Shown here one piece after another: positions 8,418 to 16,761 of a DNA stretch of 32,000 nucleotides. The notes beneath the pieces were generated by a model. That model was not told the origin of the DNA. It ran no database searches and saw nothing but the letters and a program-made list of their open reading frames with translations. A program made the translations under genes and the position numbers. Numbering within the stretch: position 1 is the first letter of the stretch; every line of letters begins with the position of its first letter. This DNA comes from Candidatus Thorarchaeota archaeon (GTDB lineage Archaea > Asgardarchaeota > Heimdallarchaeia > Hodarchaeales > Hodarchaeaceae). Location of the stretch: contig JBHLRO010000001.1 of the NCBI GenBank assembly GCA_048882505.1, forward strand, positions 360,001 to 392,000, read 5' to 3'.

Positions 8418-8650
8418 ATCTTATGTTCCCATTCCACGGAGAGATAACCTGTGACCCTACATGATACAATAGGAAAAACTGAGGCCCTGGTCATAACCAG
8501 GCTAAATCAAAGATTAGGAAAACCCCTGGTAGGGGTACCTAAACGTAAGATAGGTTCGCATACATGTCATATTTTTCATTGATGGAGTGAGTACGGACTT
8601 AAACACCTTTTTAAGGTCTTATCCATTGTTATCTGATTTCACAGCCCTCC

Positions 8651-8664
8651 CTCTTATTTTTTTT
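8651..8664 (+). terminator. T-run terminator
   Basis: CTCTTATTTTTTTT (T8 at 8657-8664) downstream of the ERCC4 gene. Confidence 0.45.
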
Positions 8665-8835
8665 GGTAGAATCAATTAGCCATCTCCCTATTGAAACCTT
8701 CGGTGACAATTTCCTGACCAAAAACTAGGGTGCTTAAAAGGATTTTATAAGTAACCAAAAACTCCTATAAAATGGAGCCCTATCCATCTATTTTCGAATA
8801 GGTCGGTGCGTCTATAGTCACCGACCGTCAGGAAA

Positions 8836-9219
8836 GTGATGAAAATGGGTTCCAACCATCTTGAGGGGGCTGTAGCCCCCATTCCGCAATTTGCGGGATT
8901 GTATGTCCCACTAGATGACTTTGACCCCCGACGGGGCCATCCAGAACGTCAGCGAATCTGGGTTAATGGCACCCGTGCGCGGATTAAAGAATGGGCCGAG
9001 TATGGCCCCGAGTTTCGCCGATTGGCGCGCCTTCACATCCTTGTGTCACTAAGGGTCTGTGAGCGGACAAAAATAACAAACATGTTCTCGCATTGGTCTT
9101 TTCAGAAATTTCATTTGAAGGGTAGATCTCCTTTACGGAAGTATTGCTTGAGAGGCCCCTCGCAATACGGACGGACCCAGTGTGGCAGGGGTAACATCGA
9201 ATTCGTGAGGGTTCGGTAA
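8836..9219 (+). CDS. Possible hypothetical protein
   Basis: 127-aa ORF with a TATA-like CTATAAAA near 8765. It overlaps 9111..10148 by 109 nt and sits on a hairpin cluster, so it is doubtful. Confidence 0.25.
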   Translation: MMKMGSNHLEGAVAPIPQFAGLYVPLDDFDPRRGHPERQRIWVNGTRARIKEWAEYGPEFRRLARLHILVSLRVCERTKITNMFSHWSFQKFHLKGRSPLRKYCLRGPSQYGRTQCGRGNIEFVRVR

Positions 9220-10148
9220 GTTTCTGCAATGAGGAGGAGCCCAATCACAAAGCATTCCGCTTTCTTCCCTGGAGCCAAGGAGGAGGCGTGTTTTTTGGCC
9301 TGAGCTATGACCTGCTGAATCTTGAGGTGCGGGTGTTTTGACTCCAATGCCTGAATCAAATTCCTTCTGAACAGCACGTAGATCATCTGAAAATGAAACA
9401 CGCCTTTGACAAACCCGCAAAATTCCAGCTCGTCCTTTATCTCGGGGAGAAGCATTTGTAGGTCATTCTTGACGCCTTCGGCAGTTTCCTGATCCTTGAG
9501 GTTTCCAGGTAGACGTCTTGAGGCTGTAGCTTTGCCTAGCGTGAATAAGGTGGTGGTGAGGCGGATTACGGTTCGCTGGGCGAATTTTTTGTCAAATTCC
9601 TTCTTGGAAAAATACGTATCTATCCAGCTGGGGAGCGCAATAAAGCCAGTTGTGTCGGGATGGATCAACCCTAGCGCTTCGGTGGCAAAAGTATTGATTA
9701 AGGGCACGATCTCGGGGTGGTGGGACGCAATGACGTATCGACTTCGATCGCACTGGGCACAGTAGCCATTCAATAAGAAATGATACCCTTCCTGAACGGC
9801 TGAAATTTGACCAGTAGTAGGGATGGAGGCTTCTTGCCCATCTTCTGTAAAATATGTCATCCCGTTTTTCGAGAACGCGGCCCCCTCGAAGATTACGGGG
9901 ACGCCATTACAGACATCGCATCGAAAATTGAACAGACAATCGATTAGCGCAAACTTGGACGTTTTATCTTCTTTCAATCCGTCAATTTGAAGCAGTTTAA
10001 TGGCGATGTCGGATTCTACCAAGCTGGGCAGAATGTCTTTAATCTTGGCTGGTAATTGATCGGGTGTTACTCCTGGAACGTAAGCTAGTTCTCCAGTGTG
10101 GGTTTGGAAAAATGATTTAACTATCTCGTCACGTTCGGGATCCTTCAT
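9111..10148 (-). CDS. Hypothetical protein with two CxxC motifs (putative Zn-binding)
   Basis: 345-aa ORF with CDVC and CAQC; GGAGAAG SD-like sequence upstream. Confidence 0.75.
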   Translation of the reverse strand: MKDPERDEIVKSFFQTHTGELAYVPGVTPDQLPAKIKDILPSLVESDIAIKLLQIDGLKEDKTSKFALIDCLFNFRCDVCNGVPVIFEGAAFSKNGMTYFTEDGQEASIPTTGQISAVQEGYHFLLNGYCAQCDRSRYVIASHHPEIVPLINTFATEALGLIHPDTTGFIALPSWIDTYFSKKEFDKKFAQRTVIRLTTTLFTLGKATASRRLPGNLKDQETAEGVKNDLQMLLPEIKDELEFCGFVKGVFHFQMIYVLFRRNLIQALESKHPHLKIQQVIAQAKKHASSLAPGKKAECFVIGLLLIAETYRTLTNSMLPLPHWVRPYCEGPLKQYFRKGDLPFK

Positions 10149-10300
10149 CGAAACTTCTCCCTGAGCATGCCAAACTTGGCGTGTTCCTCGTAATTTGGAG
10201 GAATAATGGCGCTGATCTCATTTCACTAAACTGTCAGGCGACCTGCTTATATAGATGAAATATGCCCCGTACAAGAATTTTTCCCTTTCTTTATCCTCTA

Positions 10301-11056
10301 CTAATAATGGTTAAACAAGAATTTTTTATCAATATATTGATTTATAAATGTCTGCAACAAAAAAAGGCCGAGATGAACACCAATAATAGATATTGCATCA
10401 ATAAAAAGCGGATGATATTCTTGAAATAAAGCCCAGTTCAGAAGATTGTTCCAGAAATGGATTACATAACCTATAGAAGCCCCATATATTAATAGAAAGA
10501 TAATTCTCATTCTTTTTTGATTTTTGATTAGTAGAATTCTCGATTGATTTATACACAATATTGAGAAAAATATACCAGCAATGAAAACTGGTAAAATTCG
10601 GAAAGTCTCATGAATGAGAGCCCAATTAAAACTTGAAATTACTATAATTATCCCTAGCTTATAATCCTCAAATAAAAGTAAGACTCCCAGAAATATAAAG
10701 CTGAATATTAATGTGAAAAAACTACAGTCACTAGACAAATAATTCTGTATTCTTAAAAAGCTCATTCCGAATTCGAAATATACAGAAAGTATAAATGCCA
10801 TTCCCCAGTATATTTTTGTTTTTATTGACTCACCTTGAGCTATTTTATTAGTACTATAAACAGCTGTTAGGATACCCAAGTAGCGGTAGATAAACTCCTC
10901 AAATAATGGGGCGATGATAACAGATCTAGTAAAATTAGGTATCTGTTGTTGTTGATAATAAGGAGTAAGGTAATGTAATAATAAGGAGAGTCCAAATAAT
11001 CCTGAATAAACCCAAATTTTATCGATTTTTTCAAAGAATAAGATTCTTCTTGTCAT
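10301..11056 (-). CDS. CPBP (CAAX/Abi) family intramembrane glutamic endopeptidase
   Basis: APLFEEFIYR (EExxxR), FNWALIHE (FxxxH-like) and IHFWNN (HxxxN) motifs; multi-TM; AT-rich. Confidence 0.8.
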   Translation of the reverse strand: MTRRILFFEKIDKIWVYSGLFGLSLLLHYLTPYYQQQQIPNFTRSVIIAPLFEEFIYRYLGILTAVYSTNKIAQGESIKTKIYWGMAFILSVYFEFGMSFLRIQNYLSSDCSFFTLIFSFIFLGVLLLFEDYKLGIIIVISSFNWALIHETFRILPVFIAGIFFSILCINQSRILLIKNQKRMRIIFLLIYGASIGYVIHFWNNLLNWALFQEYHPLFIDAISIIGVHLGLFLLQTFINQYIDKKFLFNHY

Positions 11057-11247
11057 CTATACACACGTTGATCAGGTTCTGAATTCAAAAAGCTCTTTTT
11101 TTATTGATTGAATGTTTTAGGATTTCATTGAAATAACAACTACATTTAAATCAGATCAAATGAACATGAAAAACCACGAAAATTTTGATTTTCCCCCCAC
11201 GACATCCTGAAGTGTATGTATATACTCGGGAATTTTCATAAAACCCA

Positions 11248-11430
11248 ATGACTGACCATACTTCCCCGTCACCGACGTTTGAGGAGTTCTTTGGGTTGAA
11301 GAATTTGAAAGATACTAAGGAGAAATGTCGGTACCCATACCAATTAATTGAAATATGTGGCGTTTTTGAGATTCCAGATAATTTCATAAAACTTTTAAAA
11401 AAAGAAAGGGCCCCCTCGGCGTTCTCCTGA
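11248..11430 (+). CDS. Possible small hypothetical protein
   Basis: 60-aa ORF downstream of a TATATA element near 11219. It competes with an antisense ORF at 11151..11387. Confidence 0.3.
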   Translation: MTDHTSPSPTFEEFFGLKNLKDTKEKCRYPYQLIEICGVFEIPDNFIKLLKKERAPSAFS

Positions 11431-11437
11431 ATTGTTT

Positions 11438-12151
11438 CTACAACAGGATTCCGAGGATTTTTAGGAGGAGAATTACAATTTCAATGAATTGTGCAGCCCG
11501 TTTAAAGAAACGACGGGCGGTCTCTGGGTTTTGGGTTTCCGGCCGCTGAGCTATTATGTCCAACAGGGCTTCTAAATCTTCTCTTGTACGCTGAAGTTTC
11601 TTTAGGTACCGATGAAACGCTGGCTCTTGTTCTGATGAAATAAATTCACTCAAAGATTCCGCCATTTCTTCTATGGTTTGTAAACCACGAACTATTTGAT
11701 CTAATGAATCAGGGCTTGCAATTTCCGCGGAAATGAGTCGTTGGAGATCCGTAATCGTGTCTTTTTGGGTGTCAACTTTAATCTGAAGTCTGTCTGACTT
11801 CCTCCTAACCGTTTTGTATCCTATCAAATATGATTTAGGATCCTCTTGAGTATCAAGTGCTTGCTTGATGCCCGAACTATATAAAAAGGCAGTCTCTTTA
11901 TAGGAGGCAGCCACTTGCTCTGAGACATGGACTAGTTTTGATGAGAGATCTAGAACTCTTTTTTCTATTGTACGGAACATATCCGTTTTATTATTACTTT
12001 TCATAATCTGAAGGTGCACGGCAAGCATCTTCAGATTAAATATCATCAAGCACCTTTTATGTCTAGGATCCATTCTCGTTGTTATATAAGGCTTTCTATG
12101 GTCTGACCCCGAAGCATCCATTTCCCTTTCGAAATCGAGGGGCGTTGCCAA
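11438..12151 (-). CDS. Helical/coiled-coil hypothetical protein with hydrophobic C-terminal tail
   Basis: 237 aa, amphipathic helices, ends FIEIVILLLKILGILL-stop. Confidence 0.7.
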   Translation of the reverse strand: MATPLDFEREMDASGSDHRKPYITTRMDPRHKRCLMIFNLKMLAVHLQIMKSNNKTDMFRTIEKRVLDLSSKLVHVSEQVAASYKETAFLYSSGIKQALDTQEDPKSYLIGYKTVRRKSDRLQIKVDTQKDTITDLQRLISAEIASPDSLDQIVRGLQTIEEMAESLSEFISSEQEPAFHRYLKKLQRTREDLEALLDIIAQRPETQNPETARRFFKRAAQFIEIVILLLKILGILL

Positions 12152-12192
12152 GAATTTGACTTGACTTAAAGGGCATATCTACCTAGTTTAGC

Positions 12193-12260
12193 CACAAAGG
12201 AAACATTTTGAATCTGGAAGCTATTAATCACAAAGGAATTAAATTCCGAAGTCCTTTGTG
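12193..12260. repeat. Three copies of CACAAAGGA (two direct, one inverted) in a divergent promoter region
   Basis: CACAAAGGA at 12193-12201 and 12229-12237; TCCTTTGTG at 12252-12260. Confidence 0.8.
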
Positions 12261-12308
12261 TTAAGCAGAGTTAATTTTTGAAGGAAATTGGAGATCAGGG
12301 AATGAGAA

Positions 12309-12833
12309 ATGGATAGCAACCTAAGGACAACTCAAAAAGCCTTTTCTGATCTAAAGGACATGATTCACAAGGTGAAACGAAGGAGAATCTACTCCAAAAC
12401 TTTTGAAAATGAGGTCAGAACGATTTTTGACCGTTTTCACATTATTGTTACTCAGACTCAAAGTCTTTCCTCCTTTTACAACGCACAATTCCCTGATCGA
12501 ATGCCTATGGATTGGTATAATCAAAAAGGGGGCAAATATTTCGCGGATGAGGATTTTGATTCCGATGATTCTTACTATACTGATGATGATGACTTTTTAA
12601 AATTCTTATTTCAGGAATTGAAGAACGAACTTGAGAAATGTGAGTTGGTAGTCAAAAATGCCCTTTATGAGTTGGAGCAATTGAGACAAAAGCAAGTACA
12701 ATCTCTACCAAATGCAAGACCAACAGGACGAATTCCAAAAAAAGCGCAACCTAAGCTCATTTTTCCAACTCGTGAAAGGCAAGATTTAGCTCCAGAAAAA
12801 AAGGTGGAACAGAATATTCAAGAAGGAATTTAG
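12309..12833 (+). CDS. Hypothetical helical protein (possible N-terminal part of a frameshifted fusion with 12871..13989)
   Basis: 174-aa ORF with an acidic patch DEDFDSDDSYYTDDDDF; A7 run at 12796-12802 near its 3' end. Confidence 0.7.
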   Translation: MDSNLRTTQKAFSDLKDMIHKVKRRRIYSKTFENEVRTIFDRFHIIVTQTQSLSSFYNAQFPDRMPMDWYNQKGGKYFADEDFDSDDSYYTDDDDFLKFLFQELKNELEKCELVVKNALYELEQLRQKQVQSLPNARPTGRIPKKAQPKLIFPTRERQDLAPEKKVEQNIQEGI

Positions 12834-12870
12834 CACCAGCACTCAAGTTATCGATCTACGCAATGAAGGA

Positions 12871-13989
12871 TTGATAGAGGTCGATCTATCCCAATTATTT
12901 GATTGTAAGCAGCTGGAAATAATCAACCTTGAGGGTAACCCGCTGAAACAAGTGGATATTGGGGGTTTAAGACAATGTCCGATGTTAACTTCGGTCAAGG
13001 TCGATGAAACGGTAGATCTTTTTATTGGTGGATCCCTTGGTCATTTAACAATTCATGTTACGTCCCTTTTTCAGCATAACTTACAAGCAAATTACAACTT
13101 GAGAGGGATTTTACTAAAGCACTTGAAACGTAAGATCAAAGCCAGTAAAATTACGCCAAAGGACTTTTCGAATCTTCAATTACCACTTATGGAATTGATA
13201 ACCAATTGGGAGGTACTAACCAATCTAAATGGGTATAGAAACCCCGAACTAAGTGATGCCATCGAAATCTTAGGAGAAGAATTTCCATCCTTTCTAGCCC
13301 CTGCTTATCACTTCAACCAGTATCTCAACTACCTGTCTCAAGATGTTGCAGAATTTGGCAGAATATTACCAATAAGGCACATCGTTCCATTTAATGCTGT
13401 TGGTAAAGCAACATTAAATAGTAGTTTACTTCTAATAGAATTTGAAGACACCTTGATATCCCTTAAGATTGCACTAGATAGGTTTGTTCGCGTGTTGATC
13501 AAGTTTTTTCCAGCGGCTAAAGGGACTACATTTGGAGGAATCAATAAGAAGGAGAAATCCAGGGGTTTTATGAGTGAAGTAGTCCGAGGAAAGGAAGGAA
13601 AACGGACGGGGAAAAATGCAGCTACTTGGTTCATTTCAACATACATTTATGACCAGTACTTTGATTGGATTCAGGATGTTGTTATACCCCGAGATGAACT
13701 AATACATTACTTTGGGGCTCTCCTTCAATATAAAGAAATAGCGAATGTCAATCTGGATCAAAAAACACTCCTTTCAACCCAACATTGGGTGAGAATCCGA
13801 AAAAAGACACAAAATGAATTAGATCTGGATGCCAACGAAATTCTCGTAACTACTGACCAAATTAGTGGGTACGTTACGAAGTGGTATGAATTCTTCTTCT
13901 ATCTCCTCAAATATCTACCTGGTAAAAGACGCTGGGAGTTGGAACACACAAAAAATCAAGAACAAAGCAAAACTGAACAAGCTGAATAA
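12871..13989 (+). CDS. Short LRR module fused to a putative HEPN RNase domain
   Basis: LRR units (IEVDLSQLFDCKQLEIINLEGNPLKQVDIGGLRQCPML plus cap TSVKVD). Helical C-domain with EFEDTLISLKIALDRFVR and W...V..PRDELIHY (Rx4H, 13690-13707). The frame is open from 12790. Confidence 0.65.
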   Translation: MIEVDLSQLFDCKQLEIINLEGNPLKQVDIGGLRQCPMLTSVKVDETVDLFIGGSLGHLTIHVTSLFQHNLQANYNLRGILLKHLKRKIKASKITPKDFSNLQLPLMELITNWEVLTNLNGYRNPELSDAIEILGEEFPSFLAPAYHFNQYLNYLSQDVAEFGRILPIRHIVPFNAVGKATLNSSLLLIEFEDTLISLKIALDRFVRVLIKFFPAAKGTTFGGINKKEKSRGFMSEVVRGKEGKRTGKNAATWFISTYIYDQYFDWIQDVVIPRDELIHYFGALLQYKEIANVNLDQKTLLSTQHWVRIRKKTQNELDLDANEILVTTDQISGYVTKWYEFFFYLLKYLPGKRRWELEHTKNQEQSKTEQAE

Positions 13990-14215
13990 CTGACAGGTTA
14001 ACTTCCCCCATGGGCTTGTTCCTACCGAATGCATGTTACAAAAGCTCGCCGGTTATGGTCTGATTGAACTAGAAATGATGATCTCGCAACTCGGTAATAC
14101 CCCGACCATCCTATAGAGCTTTCCAGACATATCCGCCGATCTAGAAAAAATCTAGAGCTTTTCGAAAGACTCTGCGATCATGTAGGTGAAGTCGAAATTG
14201 GGACTTGACGGGGTG

Positions 14216-15136
14216 CTACGAGAGGATCCGGGAAAGCAACTCAATAAAGAATTGATAGTCTCTCAGAATTATTGCGATCAAAAGAGATAAGATGGTTTTT
14301 TTCGGCATTTTGATCGAGAAATCGTTTTTTACGAATACTGGGGGAGAAACATACTCAGGTTTATGAGGATACGTCTTGCTAGAATAATAGGAATTTATCG
14401 CATCCCTAAATCTCTTTCTTTGAAGGAGATTTTTCATGTAAACCACCAACAAGGAAAAATCGAATAGTATCGGAAAAAAAAAGAAAATTAGTAGTTCTAT
14501 ATCAAAGATTAAAGTTTTGTGAAGCTTTAGGTAGTAAACAAGTAACCACAAAGATAACACGAGCCAAATAGGCGCCAATTGGGCCGTTTTTATCTTATTA
14601 TTGAAGAACTGTTTTTTCTTTTTGTATGAGTCCATTGATATTACAGCTTCATTCTCTTTTAGAGAAAAATGGTGATAAGCAATGATGAAAATCCCACAGA
14701 AAAAATAAGCAAATGTTATGACCCATATTAAATCATAAAAAATAATAAAAACAAATGCATCAACCCCATATAAGGATTTCATGGCTATAATACCATCATA
14801 TATGGAACTTCCTTCAACGAGCACTCCATAATATAATGGAAGGGAGAATGAAAGGAAATTAGGGAGAAATAAGAAAATAATCATAATTGTCGGAATTATT
14901 GTTATAAATAAGCCTGGTAAAACAATAGAAAATATAAATGACGTCAATTGGTATGTCTGTTCTTTGTCTTTTGCGATCCAGTTATCATAATCAATATCAT
15001 ATTCAATATAGTTCCTGTATGAAAATGCGCGCAAATCTCTTATCAAGGAATAGCTTTTATTTCTGATTGACATTATCCATTTCCTAAATCTTGAGTTCTT
15101 CATGGACAATTCGGCTGTCCTCCTGACTATCATCAT
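14216..15136 (-). CDS. Hypothetical multi-pass membrane protein
   Basis: 306 aa with about 4-5 hydrophobic segments; AT-rich cassette. Confidence 0.7.
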   Translation of the reverse strand: MMIVRRTAELSMKNSRFRKWIMSIRNKSYSLIRDLRAFSYRNYIEYDIDYDNWIAKDKEQTYQLTSFIFSIVLPGLFITIIPTIMIIFLFLPNFLSFSLPLYYGVLVEGSSIYDGIIAMKSLYGVDAFVFIIFYDLIWVITFAYFFCGIFIIAYHHFSLKENEAVISMDSYKKKKQFFNNKIKTAQLAPIWLVLSLWLLVYYLKLHKTLIFDIELLIFFFFPILFDFSLLVVYMKNLLQRKRFRDAINSYYSSKTYPHKPEYVSPPVFVKNDFSIKMPKKTILSLLIAIILRDYQFFIELLSRILS

Positions 15137-15314
15137 TAAAGTGCAGCATTTAATCCGTTTTGGAAGGTTGAATCTTTATCACGGATTATATCTTATATTT
15201 CTCTTCTAATCATGCCAAATAGGTAATTATCGAAGATTAGATAGATTTCTCACATCATTTCATCTTCTGTTCTTCATCAACTCTGTTGGATCTTCAAGTC
15301 AGTTTCCTTTTCAT

Positions 15315-15686
15315 CTAGGTCTTCTTGATAGTGACACGGAGGGTTCGTCCTTCCCGCATCGTCTCGAAGGAGAGATGAGCAGGATCAAAATTCTGGAACT
15401 CGAACTCCAACGACAGATCCTCATGGATGACCAGATCGACACACACCTTGGCGTCGCGCGGGTCACGTTCCCAGTAATTATAGATATAGATGGGAAAGTA
15501 GGCCATACCCAGACGCCCCTCCGTGTTGTGAAGGTTCAGCGGGGTTGTACGGGCCAGATGTTGGCCACACAGGATATAGGACCGGAACAGACTCAGATAG
15601 TAGTCTTGGGCCTGTTGGAGAATGTGGTCTTGTTCCTCTGGGGACAGAATCGAGTCGTTAGGATCGGACATGGTAAATACCTTCAC
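15315..15686 (-). CDS. Hypothetical protein
   Basis: 123-aa GC-richer ORF with GAAGGTGAAGG SD-like sequence and TATTTAAA (near 15707) upstream. Confidence 0.65.
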   Translation of the reverse strand: MKVFTMSDPNDSILSPEEQDHILQQAQDYYLSLFRSYILCGQHLARTTPLNLHNTEGRLGMAYFPIYIYNYWERDPRDAKVCVDLVIHEDLSLEFEFQNFDPAHLSFETMREGRTLRVTIKKT

Positions 15687-15825
15687 CTTCCAATTCGTAC
15701 CCCTGTTTTAAATAGGTGAAAAACTTGAAAGTTTCGATGAAGAATATTAAAGAAAACTACGAATTGGCTTTCTTAGAAGTGATTGGGGCGTGAATCGAGT
15801 GAGAGTGAGGTAGGAAAAATAAGTA

Positions 15826-16692
15826 ATGTTGCATCATTTCCTTTTCATTCACAATTACATGCCCACAACTCGCGATATCAAGTTTAAGAAAAAGGATGGC
15901 GGTCAATTGGATGAGGCACGAAGTAACAGGAAGTATGGAGTAAGATTACCACTCAAATCTCATGCGGCACGTTTCGCCGATATAGAACGTATCATTCAAG
16001 GCTATCCTCATCGAAAGGAAGGTAGATTTCAATTCATTACCTTTTATGATCTCAATATCGATCTTGAAAATGTTTTAGGTATGGCACGCAGCTTATCGGC
16101 ATTTAAATTTTATGTTGATGGAAATGAGATTCCTAAATCGAAAACTTCGGCGATCCAACGCGTTCTTTTTTGTGAATATAAAAACCAATGCCAAGGGGTT
16201 TGTATGCGCAGTGCAATTTGGCATCCAACCAGTTATCAAGGCTTTAGCGTTCCAGATATCCTACATTTGATCCTCGCTGAAACGTACTTCGAACCTGACA
16301 TTGCTGATCTCAAAGAAATGGCGTATATCGGTCAAAAAGCTGGCTGGATCTCCTTTGAAACGACAAAAACGCATAATATAACGCATATTAATCCCACGAA
16401 GCTTTTATCAACTGTAAAAAACGGACTATCCCTGGAGTGTAGTTACTGCCCAATCATTAAATGGGAGGAGATCGAAAAACAAGTACAGGAAATCCCACCT
16501 GACCGATTACACATTGAAACGGACTTGGAGGGCGAAGAAGGAGAAACAACTGTGGAACCAATATTGGTAAGTTTTACCGAAGAACAGATAGATCTACTAG
16601 TGGCAAAGATCAGTACCAAGATGCAGCACGTTTTTCGCGACCTCTTTATTGAGGCCGGATTATTGAAAAAGAGATCTTCGAAGAAATCCTAA
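15826..16692 (+). CDS. Hypothetical protein with Cys clusters (Cx5Cx3C, CxxC)
   Basis: 288 aa; CEYKNQCQGVC and CSYC motifs; may start at ATG 15859. Confidence 0.75.
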   Translation: MLHHFLFIHNYMPTTRDIKFKKKDGGQLDEARSNRKYGVRLPLKSHAARFADIERIIQGYPHRKEGRFQFITFYDLNIDLENVLGMARSLSAFKFYVDGNEIPKSKTSAIQRVLFCEYKNQCQGVCMRSAIWHPTSYQGFSVPDILHLILAETYFEPDIADLKEMAYIGQKAGWISFETTKTHNITHINPTKLLSTVKNGLSLECSYCPIIKWEEIEKQVQEIPPDRLHIETDLEGEEGETTVEPILVSFTEEQIDLLVAKISTKMQHVFRDLFIEAGLLKKRSSKKS

Positions 16693-16761
16693 GAATTCCC
16701 TAATGCGAGCGAGTCATCTTATGTGGTTTGGGATTCAATGTCTAAACTGATTTGAGGCTTA

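Noticed and set aside
5961-8496. CTGGTCATAA direct repeat at 5961-5970 and 8487-8496 as possible att/TSD
   Set aside because: Many 10-mer pair matches are expected by chance in 32 kb, and no recombinase gene lies between them.
8451-8582. 43-codon GTG ORF with GGAGAG upstream
   Set aside because: Too short with no motif; cannot be supported without homologues.
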